Of a DNA stretch of 64,000 nt, positions 22,550 through 35,199 are shown one piece after another. This DNA comes from Octopus sinensis. Its lineage: Eukaryota. The position numbers and the translations under genes are program-made. How positions within the stretch are numbered: the stretch's first letter is position 1; the number at the start of each line of letters is the position of its first letter. Under the pieces are notes generated by a model. It ran no database searches. It was not told the DNA's origin and saw only the letters and a list, made by a program, of their open reading frames with translations. The DNA lies in contig NC_043001.1 of assembly GCF_006345805.1 (NCBI RefSeq), forward strand, positions 71,176,001 through 71,240,000. The letters are read 5' to 3'.

Positions 22550-25500
22550 CAGTAGTTTTATTTTTATAGCGTGCTTTCACTTCACTACCGAGCGCAGCTC
22601 TGTGTGCCTTGGTTATGTGCTGTGATTTGTTGTGATGCTCTGATGGTTATTGTATGGAAAGTGTTCTGCGTAGGATGTGTGCAGTGCCTAGTAGTGCAAT
22701 TTTCTGTATGTTATATGTGTTTGTAAGTCCTGGTGTTTTTGTTATGTATTTGTCTGAATATTTTTTTTCCATGCCTAATGCACCTACTATGATAGGAATT
22801 GTTTCTGTTTTCAGGTTCCACATTCTAGTTACCTCTATTTCCAGGTCTTTGTATTTTGAGAGTTTCTCCATTTCTTTTAGAGACACGTTGTCTTCTGCCG
22901 TTATTGATACATCAATTAGAAAGCATTTTTTTTCTTCATGATCTCTGATAACTATATATGGTCTGTTGGCCTTAATTTCTCTATCTGTGTGTATCGGCAT
23001 ATCCCAGAGTATGGTTGCTTTCTCGTTTTCTGTGGCCTTTTCCGGTGTGTGCCTATACCATCTTTTTTCTGTTGTTATTCCATAATGTTGGCATAGTTTC
23101 CAATGTATGTAGGTTCCAACTCTGTCATGTCTGTGAATATATTCCTTCTTAGCCAGGACTGGGCAGCTAGAGATAATATGATTTATTGTTTCTTGTCCAT
23201 CTCCACATATTCTGCAGTTACTTGTAATATTTCTTTTCATTACATGTTTTTGGTAATTTCTGGTGGGGAGGCTTTGGTCTTGTGCTGCAATTAAAAATCC
23301 CTCTGTTTCTGCTTTGAGTCCCGAGCTTCTCAACCATTGCTGGGATTTTTCTTTGTCTATTTCTTTTGCGTTTAGTTTAGTGCAGTATTTACCATGAAGG
23401 GGCTTTTCTTGCCATCGTTTTATCATGGCTCGTTGCTGTTCTATTTTTAGTTTGGATTTCATTTGTTTTATAGCTTTTGTTGTTTGATTAATCATCTTCT
23501 TCTTCTTTGTGTTTATTAGGTGGTATGATTTCTTGTTTGTATTTGTCAGCTTCCTTAAATACTGAGAACAGTTTTTTGTTTTGCTCGTGTTTTGCTGCTA
23601 TCTGGATCAGTTTTCCTTCCTTCTGAAGTAGGTATTTTTGCAGTCCTATGGTGGTTATTTTATAGTAGTTTTCCAGCTGTATAAGGCCTCTACCACCTTC
23701 TATACGTTGTATATATAGTCTTTCTATGTCAGATTTTGGGTGATGCATCCTAGATCCTGTCAGTATTTTTCTTGTTTTCCTATCTATTTTGGACAGTTCA
23801 TTTCGTGTCCAGTTAAGGATATTGTAGCTGTAACTTATAACTGGGACAGCTAAAGTGTTGATACCTATTATCTTGTTTTTAGCATTGAGCTCTGTTTTTA
23901 GTATTGATCTAACTCGTCTATAATATTCTTTTTTTATTTTCTCTTTCATTTGTGTGTGTTGTGTCTTATCTAGTTCATGGATTCCTAAGTATTTGTAAGT
24001 TTGGCTTTGGTCTAATTCTTTTATTTCATTGGTTTTATCTAGTGTGATGTTGTTACTCTTAACTAGTTTTCCTCTTTTCATGGTTACTTTGGCGCATTTT
24101 TCTAATCCAAATTTCATATCTATTTCTTTGGTAAATCCATGAACTGTCTTTAATAGTGTTTCCAGCTGTTTGTCATTTGCAGCGTCTAGTTTTAGGTCAT
24201 CCCTATATAAAAGGTGGCTGATCGTTTTGCCGTAACATTTATATCCGCATCCAGTTCTATTTAGCATATCAGATAGAGGTGACAGTGCCAAGCAGAAAAG
24301 GAGTGGAGAGAGCGTGTCTCCCTGGAATATTCCTCTTCTAATGGGGATGTCTTTGGTTTTCATGAGTCCCTCTTTTGTTTGGAGGTGTAGGACTGTTTGG
24401 ACTTTTATTCATAGAGTGCTCTATGAATTTTATGATTGTTGGTGCTACTTTGTTAATGGCTAGTGTTTCGAGGATCCATGTGTGGGGGATGCTATCAAAC
24501 GCCTTTTTGTAGTCAATCCAGGCCATACTGAGGTCTTTCTTCTTTCTGTGGCTGTCTTCAGTTACGACTTTATTAATCATTAGTTGATCTTTACAGCCAT
24601 ATGAGCCTTTGCGGCATCCTTTCTGCTCTTCTGGGAACAGTTTGTTTTCGTCCAGGTGCTTGTTCAGCCTTTGCGATATCACTGCAGTAAATGCCTTGAA
24701 CATAGTAGGGAGGCAGGTTATTGGTCTGTAGTTTTCTGGTTTTGTTGTTTCATTTGATTTGGGAATTAAGATGGTTTTCCCCTTCGTGAGCCATTCAGGC
24801 ATTGTCTCTGGCTCTGCTAATATGCTGTTAAAGTTTTCAGCCAGCTTTTTGTGCATTCCTGTTAGATATTTCAACCAGAAGTTGGGGATCTTGTCATGCC
24901 CAGGTGCCTTCCAGTTGCTTAGTTTTTGCAGTGCCTGGGTGACCTCTTCAGTTGTTATGGAGGTTGAAAGTTGTTCAGATGCCGAGTTTGTTATTTTCAT
25001 ACTCCTTTTTTTTGGCTGTTCGTTCGCCGACCATATTTCTCTCCAGAATTCTTCCAATTCTTCTGCCGTTGGTGCTGCAGTGACTTCTATTTTATTTTTG
25101 CCCAGTTCTTGGTAGAACTTTTTGGGGTCGGAGTTGAACTTTTTGTTCTGTTCAAAGAAGCGTTGGCGTTTCTCGTACCGGCGGATCCTTTGAGCTTTGG
25201 CAAGGATATCTTGCTTCAGCTTTTCTTTTATCTCCGGCAAATCTTTTTCTGTGATGTTATATTTGCGGAGCATTTTTGTTCTCTTTTTGTTGCTCAGTAG
25301 CGTTGCTTGTTTGCTGATTTCATTAAGAATCGACAGGTCTTTTCTAATTTTTTTTACTTTGTTTTGGATGTTATTTATCCACAGGTTTGTTTGGGTGGTG
25401 GTACTCCTGTTTGGGCGGGTTTGGGTGAGTATCCAGCTTCTTTTGTGGCTGCAGTGGCTGCTGCGTATATCAAGTCATTTAGTTCAGTGATATCACTTTT

Positions 25501-26518
25501 TTTGTTTCAGTGGCTAGTTCAGTGACGGCTAGGTTTATGTTGTTTATAATTGGTGTTGTTATTGCGTTTATTTTTATTCTTGGGAGGTATGGTCGGTGGT
25601 CCATTTTGGGCTCTGTGGTTTTCAGTTCTTTGATTATTTTATTTTTTATATTATCATTATCATTAGGCTCCCCTTCGTTGTTTACATCGTGTTTGTTGGG
25701 AATGTTGCGTTTGTCTTCGTGTTTTACAGTTTCAGTGTTTATATTATTGGGCATTGTTGTGTGGCTTCTATTTACATTTTCCTGGTGTATTTTTTCTTTT
25801 AAATGTTCTATTTCTATTTCTGATATTTTTTGGGCTTTGAGAATGTATCTTCGTACGTTAGCTAATTTATTAGGGTTCATTGCTGTATCCAAGTCTATAT
25901 CTCTATTATTTTCCTTCCATATTTTATATGTATGTGTTGTTGTATTTTCATTTTGTGGGTAGGGCATTGCTGTGAAGTATGCGTGTAAGATAGAAATGTA
26001 TTCCTCACGTGTCCATTTACGTCTTTTGGGTTTTAATTGCGAGGCATGAGGTACAACGTCCGGCCCATTATTTTGACGGTCGTCATTTTCGTAGGGTACC
26101 GGTCCGTTTATTTCTGTTGTCACATTATTTCGCACGTGTAGTTTTTCGTACATTTTTTGTTGTAGGTTTAATGTACGTACCGCTCGATTGTTATTCTTGG
26201 GTTGAATAGTATCGGTGGCATTTAATTTCGTCGTAGTTCCTTTGTACATGGTGTTTGAGGTCGGGGATGATCGTGTTGTTCCACGCATGTTTACATGTGT
26301 TGTGTTAGAGGTGGAGATAATATCGAGTCAAAATACATCATTTCGTTTCGAAAATAGTAATAAATTTCAATTAGTATCACTTACTCGGATATAGTCCAAT
26401 TCTTTGTTAGTAAATCTTTGGCTCCATAGGGTGCCCTTGTTTTCGATGTTTGTGGATAGATTTCGGAGCTCTGTATTTTCCTTCTTACATCTTAAACGTC
26501 CCCGGTGTCTCTCTCTTC
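22550..26518 (-). mobile_element. Full-length R4/Dong-clade non-LTR retrotransposon
   Basis: About 4 kb flanked on both sides by (TAA)n. One original ORF with a Myb-like N-terminus (RRKWTREE), RT (FQGDTLSPLLF), a CCHC knuckle (CRICG..ETINHIISSC) and a restriction-like endonuclease region. Confidence 0.92.
22647..26288 (-). pseudogene. Dong RT-RLE polyprotein, disrupted
   Basis: Split into ORFs 25479-26288, 24338-25273, 23488-24363 and 22647-23495 by frameshifts. RT motif reads YRDD (YMDD in the sister copy) and endonuclease motif reads RPY (RPD in the sister copy). Confidence 0.9.

Positions 26519-26592
<74 letters not shown>
26519..26592. repeat. (TAA)n tract at the 5' end of the Dong element
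   Basis: Direct inspection. Confidence 0.95.
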
Positions 26593-26593
<1 letters not shown>

Positions 26594-26779
26594 GTATGAT
26601 AATAATAATAATAATATATATATATATATATATTGTGTGTAGGTTTAGATGAGTAAAATGAAGCCAATGTGTTCCATAGCGTATTTGCAATTATAGATAT
26701 ATTTATCTGTGTGTGTTACTCATGTTTAAAAATGTGTATATAGATACATCTGTAAATTATATATACTAAATACAAATAC

Positions 26780-27490
26780 TAGGTGCATTCCAGAATATTT
26801 GAGACTTATTTCAGATGAGACATTTGTTAATTTCAAAGAAATTATAAAGCTCTAATTTCCTTCAAAGTAGATTCTTCTTTCTTCAATGTACTTAAGGCAA
26901 CATTCCAGCTAGTTCATGAAATCTCACTGGAAATCCTACACTGTGAAGGTGTCCAGGAAACATGGAAACATGTCACAGCCTCCTCCAGCTATTCCTTCAG
27001 CTTAGGGAGCAAGAAAAATTGACTGGATTCAAGATCGGCACTGTATGTAGCGTAAAGGTCAGATTCGATTCTCACCTTTGTCAAGTAGTTAGTTACTATT
27101 ACAGAATTGTGGACCGGAGCATTTTCCTAATACAGGTGCCCAAGCCTTTTGCTAGGAAATGTCTTCCTGATTTGTATAAGGTTCTCCACAATGTACGCTG
27201 ACCAGAGGGAACCTGGTGAATATGTATGATGACCTTGTTGTCGAAAAGGAGAACCATCATTAGCTTCCGATGGATTTGCTCCTCCTGGTAATTTGTTCCA
27301 CTGGAAAACATGCTCGTCTCATATAAGTTGATCCATAAGTAGTCTGGAGCTATTCATATGGTTTCACCCAGTTGAACACAAAATTGTATTGCATAGCGAA
27401 CTTCCAAATTATCATAGCATCCCAAGAGCATCCTGCAAACTAGTTAGCTGTGGGAAATAGTATTTAGTAAGATGTGTTCAAAGTACTCCT
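26780..27490 (-). mobile_element. Decayed mariner copy
   Basis: Residual DET...KLMMVLLFDNKVIIHIHQVPSGQ (KVMLIVFFD..G.VH.EFVP.GQ-like) and a YSADLEP-like motif. Confidence 0.65.
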
Positions 27491-27711
27491 ATAGCCGTCG
27501 CCTTTTACCAAATAGGCAAATAAGGTAGGTGTCTTCTACCATAACCGCTGTTTGACTAAACCCTGTCCCGATTTCTATTGGTTGTGTTCATTCCTTAGAT
27601 TCATCATTGCCGTTGTGTTTATTCTAACTGCTGTTATAAGCTTCAGCTCCTTATCCCCGCCATATTTCTTTCCATCGTTATCTTCATTTCAGTCTTTACT
27701 CCCCCACTCAT

Positions 27712-27750
<39 letters not shown>

Positions 27751-27783
27751 ACATAAATATATACATACATGCATATATATATA

Positions 27784-27825
<42 letters not shown>

Positions 27826-27847
27826 ATATATATATATATATATTATA

Positions 27848-27913
<66 letters not shown>

Positions 27914-27925
27914 TATATATATATA

Positions 27926-28307
27926 CTAGCAGTATCACCCGGTGTTGCTTGGGTTTGTATCGACCCTTTAGAATTAGAATTTTTGAAAAGTAAAAATTTT
28001 GCATTATGCAACTTGTTATTCTCTTCAAGTGAACATCTTTCCAGTTGAAATACACCGAAAAATGGTGACACAGCAGTCAAAAATCGTAAAATATAGGGAT
28101 TTTCATAGAAAAAAAGCACCTTTTTGATGTAAATAATTTTTGGTGTTAACATGGTCCGATTTGAATTTTATCTTCTACAGAATGAAGGGCAAGCCTTCTT
28201 CTATCATACTCTCAATTTTGTTCAACTTGCGCTGCAGGGCTTCGAGGGAGATAGTGTTAGTTGAAGGCTACCAAACCTGACACACACTTCAGCTTTATAT
28301 ATATAGA
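27926..28307 (-). mobile_element. Short non-autonomous Helitron with both termini
   Basis: Minus strand A|TCTATATATATAAAGC at the 5' end, hairpin CCCAAGCAACACCGGG and CTAG|T at the 3' end. Sits in an A-T target. Confidence 0.85.
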
Positions 28308-28319
28308 TTTGCTACACAC

Positions 28320-28413
28320 TACTTTCCATCCTTAATAATGAAACTTGGCAGATCCAAAAGTTAAACACACAGATACACACACAGACACACAAGTTGAGTT
28401 TGGTATATATAGA
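28320..28413 (-). mobile_element. Additional Helitron-like 5' end adjacent to the previous element
   Basis: Minus strand A|TCTATATATACCAAACTCAACTTGTGTGTCTGTGTG. Confidence 0.45.
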
Positions 28414-28667
28414 TTTCTCAACGGGGATTTCAGGGGAGAGTTTCGGGGAGTCGCTGGCGATGTATCGTGATGATCAAAAATCTGGCCTGCTAAAATTTGG
28501 TTAAAGTAATTCAAACTGCAGACTCAACGCAATATGGTCACATTTAATTCAAAGCGTTAAAAATGTTATGAAAATAATTGGTATGTGTTCACAAAGTTCA
28601 AACGATTAATACGAAAAAACCCTCCAGGCTACATCCCGACATTTCATTTTTTGCCAAATACTGCTCG

Positions 28668-29029
28668 CTGTTTCTCTCAGCCTTAAATATACAAGGGATG
28701 TGATAAACTAGTCTATAAATTAAAACTGACCTCATAAAATATATAAAAATAAAAACCTTTTAATCAGTGACAGACAGTGTTTCCTTGAAAATTTTAGTTA
28801 CGACCATACTGTTGTAGGTATAACATGTTCTTTGTATATCTCTTTAACTTCTTGGAGATTTTAAGTATAATTATACTAATGTGTTGTAATTTAATTAAAT
28901 TCTGTCTTCGTGGAGCTAAAGATTGCTCTACATTTTAAATTGATGTAATGATTGCATTCTTTAATTAAATAGAGTTGCATGAAACTATCGTACTGCATTA
29001 GCTCTGGATATCCCTGTTGCTTATTTTGA
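28668..29029 (+). repeat. Diverged direct repeat, copy C of 1479-1847
   Basis: Collinear similarity over about 360 bp. Confidence 0.85.
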
Positions 29030-29562
29030 TTTTAATGATGTGATTTTGAAATTGTATGGATAATACCGTACTAAATTCTGGTGCCTCAACTTAAGTACCA
29101 TATCTGAATATATATATATACATTCATTGTTACATACATACAGACACTTACAAAACACACACATACACATATATATATATAAAGGCTTTTTCCAATGCGC
29201 CAGAGAAAAAATTTGTTTGCTTGTTATCAGTCGTAAGACACTTGTTGTTTTCACCGTTAATGCTTCTGTATTTCATGTTTCTGTATTCCATTATTGTTTT
29301 TTGTTTTTTTTTTATATCTGTCCCTTTTGCTGTCCTGGTGTTCGTATGCATTCGATCCTTCTTCCAGGAAATCTACGCTTCCAGCTTAGTTTTTCTTGGA
29401 GGGCTGGCCGTGATCTAGTAATCTCAAGATTAATCAGCCGAAATTACTACGATGATCCGGTTCTTGACTGAAGACTGAGGGGTTCGAATGTCCTGTCCAT
29501 GTTTATTGTATCGTCTTCTATGAGTTATACGTTCTTGTCCATGTTGTATTTTTCTACATACC

Positions 29563-29612
<50 letters not shown>

Positions 29613-29906
29613 CATACATACATACATACATACATACATACATACATACATACATACATACATACATACGTATCGCTTTCTTCATTTCCAGGGACATTCT
29701 CAACGAGCTGGAGTGTGTTCACAAATTGCTGTGTCAATTTATTCCCTGTATCCCCTCTCTTTTCCCGCTTTCTCTTCCATTACGCTTTGCTGATCTATTC
29801 TGCCTCTATGCGCTGCCAACTTTTCTATTCCTACTTCCGCTGTAGCAACATATAGCGCTTTTAAATTAAACTCGTCATACTAAAAAAACGCATTCTTCTT
29901 ATCTCC

Positions 29907-30219
29907 ACAGATATATTTGTGTTTGTGCATATGTATGTGTGCATTTATATATGTAGGGTGGATGGGGGGTAATGTGAGTGTAAGTATTTATTCATATATC
30001 TATGTCTCTGAAGAGAAATATCTCCAGAAGTTATCACACTATTTCGATAAAAAATATCAAATCGAGTAACGAGTACCATAGAAGCAGCCGCTTCAGTCTA
30101 TTTACTGGACACCACTTCCATGAGACCTGAGTGAAATAACTGAAACCAGCAAAAGTTTTTAAAAATTAATTATTTTTCTCCTTAAAAGTGTTGTCCAATA
30201 AGTAATAAGTTTGTTTCAG
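29907..30219 (+). repeat. Local direct duplication, copy 1
   Basis: Highly similar to 31417-31731, for example AGAGAAATATCTCCAGAAGTTATCACACTATTTCGATAAAAAATATCAAATCGA is identical. Confidence 0.9.
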
Positions 30220-31416
30220 CCAATCGTCGAAACAAAGACCAAATTCTTGCATTTCACTTCATATTTCATGCAGTTTTGTTTTGACATTTTGTTCCGTGTT
30301 AATTTTAGCGTAATATTATATTTTATGTTGTTTAATCTCGAGATGGTCATTACAGCAATGATAAACACATGCACTGGTTCTTTTTCCTTCTTTATTTGTT
30401 TCCCAGTTGATTAACTCTTTTACATATTAGCTGATCAATTGTTTGAATAATCCTTGCGTTTATCAGTAAGTTAGTTAAAGTCGTTTCGTCGAAAAATCGA
30501 CATCATTAGTGACATGTCCTCTCTATTCCAGGACTGTTTAATTTTTGTCTCGACGAATAGCTCATAAAGAATTGAAGTAGATCCAGTGCGTGTATTTTTC
30601 ATTGGCATAACAACACTCCTGAGATACAGCAAAATATTGTTCAACACTATAAAGAATCATGCAAGCCAAATGCCGAAAAGAAATTTTCTCCATGTTAGCC
30701 CAACCTAAACACGGATTTTCTGTTAGAACACTCTATACTGCGCTAGTTACCAGGAGAGGACCACTCATATTGGCTTTTGGTGTAAAATGCACTTTTTATT
30801 ATATCGATAACGGAGAAATAATTTCAAGTCAATTCCAGCGCTAAGACTAGCATTAATACTGCTTCTGCCGCTAAGTATATTCTCTATTTTGAGTTTTATC
30901 GAAAATGTATTTTGTCTTAAGTTTCATCTCAAGTAGATCCAAGTTTTATTTATTTCCTTTCCTAGTCGCAGCATTTACCTGTCATTATTTTTCCCGCTTT
31001 TTTGGGGGAATGGGGTTACGCCTAAACATTAAATACCTAACAACAGTAACCAAGGTATGTCTATGCTGCTTTGTTCGTTTTGTTGGATCTCTCACAGCAG
31101 TATTATTTTATTGTTTACGACTATTTCGCATATACGCGCACGACAGTCACATATTGAATGATATATAAATACACCATGCCGGAATGATAGACGAGATCTT
31201 CAGGAGTGAAACACATGTCCGTAAAGTTGCTAAATAGGAAATTACCTGAGGTCAAAGAACTATAACTACTGACAAATACTGATCTTCTTATACTCAGTTT
31301 AAACTCACGACACACACACACAAGTACACTCATATACACACATACACACAAACACACACACACACGACGATTTCTTACAGAGTAATACGCAAACACACAA
31401 ACAAAACTAAACAATT

Positions 31417-31731
31417 ACAGATATATGCGTGTTTATGCATATGTACGTGTGTATATTTATATATGTAAGGTGGATGGGGGGTAATGTGAGTGTAAGTATT
31501 TATTCATGTATCTATGTCTCTGTAGAGAAATATCTCCAGAAGTTATCACACTATTTCGATAAAAAATATCAAATCGAATAACGAGTACCATAGAAGCATC
31601 CGCTTCAATATATTTACTGGACACCACTTCCATATGAACTGAGTGAAATCACTGAAACAAACAAAAGTGTGAAAAAATTTATTATTTTTCTCCTTAAAAG
31701 CGTTGTCCAATAAGTACTTACTTTGTTTCAG
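31417..31731 (+). repeat. Local direct duplication, copy 2
   Basis: Highly similar to 29907-30219. Confidence 0.9.
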
Positions 31732-32251
31732 GCGACAGACATATGCGTATATTGTGTCGAGCTGCAAGTACACTTACTATTATTCCAGAAGCACATTTTT
31801 GTTGTTACCCGAGTACCTATGTACTTTGAGTTTTTCCCTCAAATACATATCCACTTCTATAATCCCACTGTATTTTTTGTGATTTTTACTGGCCGACAAG
31901 TACATATGAACTAGTGAGGTTCCACAACTGTGTATAAAGCGACAAATATACATTATATTTGTAATCTGTTCCTGGTACCAAAATGTTATCGCTCCTTGCT
32001 TTACATGGTCTCTCTCTGGAAAGTAGCGGCCAGATACTTTTAGTACTTATCAGAAATTAATACATATATGTTTCTAAAAACATTTCCTCCTCTCCTCAAA
32101 ACGAAAAAGATGTAGTGAATATCTCAATGCACTATGTCAGAATAAAAGACGAGATGTTTACGGTTGAAGCAATTTTGTCCGTATGTTTGTAAAATAAGAA
32201 ATATCTTTGGGCTAAACAACTATAAATATTGGCAATATTAATATTCTTTTA

Positions 32252-32450
32252 TGGCAACGAACTAGCAGAATCGTTAGCACGCCGGGCAAAATGTTTAGCG
32301 GAATTTCTTCCGTCTTCGCGTTCCGAGTTCAAATTCCACCTTTTATCATTTCGGGGTCGCTAAAATAAGTATCAGTTGAACATTGGGATGAATGTAATCC
32401 ACTTATCGCCACCTCCAAATCTGCGTGCCTTGAGCCAAACTTTGAAACCA
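32252..32450 (+). mobile_element. SINE family 2
   Basis: GCAGAATCGTTAGCACGCCGGGC...GAGTTCAAATTCC...TTTGAAACCA. Confidence 0.8.
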
Positions 32451-33294
32451 ATATTAATCTCCTTATTCTCATCTAAATCTATTCTGGGTTCACCCGTAAT
32501 TTTGTAACATTGGGATCCAATCTAAAGTGGGATCAAATGTAGATTTGAACACAGAAGAGAGAACGAAATTTTGTTCCCTTCGAATCATTTAATTGAGGAC
32601 TTCGTGAGATGCTACCACCATTTATCTCTCCACAACTACAGTTGCATAAGTATTAAAATGTATTTAATATCCATATAATACTAAACGGTGGCGACGAATA
32701 TTAAGTAATAATGAATGCTGCGACGATTATTGAGAAATAATAGAGGCTACTATTTAATATCAGAGAATTCAATTGACCGATACTTAAGTTTATCAATGTA
32801 AGAGATAATTTCCTTTAGATTATAAACGAGACAAATGTGCTAGGGCCTGGAATAAATCAGCTGAAATTCAATTAATTGCCTACTCCATATGGTTACAGGG
32901 CATCGAGCAACATCTATTTAATTGCTACATTTGAACAACACACTTTCCCTCGCTTCCGTTATATTGATTTCAAAACGCTTCTCTGCCAATTCATCCTCTC
33001 TCTTTCTCTCTCTCCCTCTTCATCTTTCACCCCCTCTCTCTCTCACTTTCTCTCTCATCCCTATTCGCCTAACTTCCGTTCTCTTCCACCCACTATACAT
33101 ATTAATCATGTGTGTGTGAGAGTGTGTGTGTATGTGTGTATATGTGTGTGCGTGTGTGTATGTATGTGTCTTCGTGAATGTGTGCGAATGTGTAATGTTC
33201 TCAGACACTTTCTGATGCTTCCTTTTATTCTTGTCTACGTCAACCACTCCCCGTACATTCTCACATACACCTCTATATAACTCCTTTGCTTCTA

Positions 33295-33705
33295 CGAGTA
33301 GGTACCCAAAAGTAATAGGAAATGTTCTGTGTGGAACAAACGCGTCGTAGTTCGTGCTTCCGCCGCCAGAAGCCACTTGATGCAACCCCCAGGCATCTGT
33401 CTGTCGACCGGCGTCGTCCTCTTTAGTTCTACTGCCACATGGCGCGCCTCTGTTTGGAAGTTGATCCGGACTTTTTTCGAAGGTCATCACTGGTGACGAA
33501 ACCTGGTGCTACGGAATTTGTTGATGTAAAAAAAAAAAACCACAGAGGCGTTAAAAGGCATCATTTCGCAAGGGTTCCAGGATTGCTTCGTACTGACGCA
33601 TTGCTTCAAAGGGAGAATGCATTGAAGGCTATAAAAATGTAAACGTAAAAGTAAGTGAATAAAGTAATATTGCAAAATTCCGGATTCTTTTGGGTAAACA
33701 CCTCG
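33295..33705 (+). mobile_element. Internally deleted mariner derivative
   Basis: Imperfect TIRs CGAG..TACCCAAA.. and ..TTTGGGTAAACACCTCG. Remnant DPDFFRR..TGDETWCY. Confidence 0.65.
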
Positions 33706-33944
33706 CGTCTTCCTTTTCCCTCTACACTCTCGATAGCTTATTAACCTATACATATGTGTGTGCACGTGTGTGTGTGTGTGAATGTGTGTGTGAACGTGTG
33801 TGTGAGCGTGCGCGCGTGCGTGTGTGTATACGTGTGTGTGTGTGTTAGTGTGTGAGTTAGTGTGTGAGTGTGTATGTATATTCCTATTTACATATATATA
33901 TTATACCTTTACGTACCATTTAGTCGAGATTGCTCGATGTATAT

Positions 33945-34025
<81 letters not shown>

Positions 34026-34035
34026 GATATACCAT

Positions 34036-35086
34036 GATGTACTGGTGATCTGATGAGCTAGCGTTCTTTACCTGCATTGATTTGTGAATATAAAATTGTA
34101 TTGATTACTGTGTAGCATGTATATTAGTACACGGAGAATACATATATAATCTTAGCGGTGTTAAGTGGTTAAATAGCCGTGCCCTACTCTCATACCTCCT
34201 GCCTATTTGTGGTTCATGTACTGATCATGAAATAATTTCATTTATTGCATCCTCTGGTTCTCATGGAAATCTTCAGAATACGCCTCTGTGTTTCATACAT
34301 ACACAAACAGCCGTGTCACCTCCCTCAATAATATTCTTGCAAAACCTGATAGTTAACATTCGCAACAGAATATCTAACCTTTCTTCTTCTAAAGATATTT
34401 TGATAGGGCAGCCCTTTACTACAACAAAGTCCCAGCCAACAATGGCTTTAACGATTAATTATTTTACAACCCTTCTACTAATGATACGAATCATAATAAT
34501 TGACCCACAAATAGACCTTGGAGAATAATTAGGTTCATTCACCCATTCTTTTCTATAAATTATAAAACTAGCATAAAGAAAAGATACCCATCTTTCTTAG
34601 ATAAACAGTTTGCTGTAAATCAATTGTGCAAAAATTATTCAACAGACGCTTAATTAAATTATCATATACCGACAGCCTCAATATGAAGAGCATAGTTCCA
34701 CTGAGACACCACCAAGTATCTACTCCCAGTTATAAATGTAAAGACGCCGGAAAATGCCCACTCGACCAGGGGTGCATGATAAAATCCGTCATATATGAGG
34801 CAAAAGTTATAGCTCCTCAAGCGGGCTCTGTTAACAGACCACATTGTAGTCTAACACAGAGACGTATTCTGAAGATTTCCATGAGAACCAGAGGATGCAA
34901 TAAATGAAATCATTTCATTATCAGTACATGAACCACAAATAGGCAGGAGGTATGAGAGTAAGGCACAGCTATTTATATATGTATTCTCCGTGTACTAATA
35001 TACATGCTACGCAGTAATCAATACAATTTTATATTCACAAATCAATGCAGGTAAAGAACGATACCTCATCAGATCACCAGTACATC
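34036..35086 (+). mobile_element. Penelope-like (Naiad-like) fragment enclosed by long inverted arms
   Basis: Arms about 34036-34292 and 34853-35086. Core encodes frameshifted PPSII..NRISNLSSSKDI...KLFNRRLIKLSY...CKDAGKCPLDQGCMIKSVIYEAKV. Confidence 0.8.
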
Positions 35087-35199
35087 TTGGTTACATCATT
35101 GATTAAAGGGAGAAATTGGAAAGATCTTTTTTTAGGCCCAGCTGACATAATTTACAACATTAAATGGTACAAACCGAATATGAGAAACCAAAGATAATT

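Noticed and set aside
26290-26518. HDV-like ribozyme in the Dong 5' UTR
   Set aside because: I could not identify the nested double-pseudoknot pairings by eye. A covariance search would be needed.
29390-29460. GGCTG...CAGCC-GAAA hairpin resembling hammerhead stem II
   Set aside because: The upstream sequence TCTTGGA does not match CUGANGA or a compensated variant, and stems I and III are unconvincing. At best a very decayed relic.
34050-34085. CTGATGAG followed by a small hairpin in the inverted arms (also on the minus strand near 35050-35072)
   Set aside because: Stem II is followed by TGCA rather than GAAA, and no stem III or NUH can be placed, so it is not called a hammerhead.
34853-34974. 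SECIS element in the Naiad-like arm
   Set aside because: ATGA and AA are present but no supporting helix II, and no conserved in-frame UGA was seen in the fragment.
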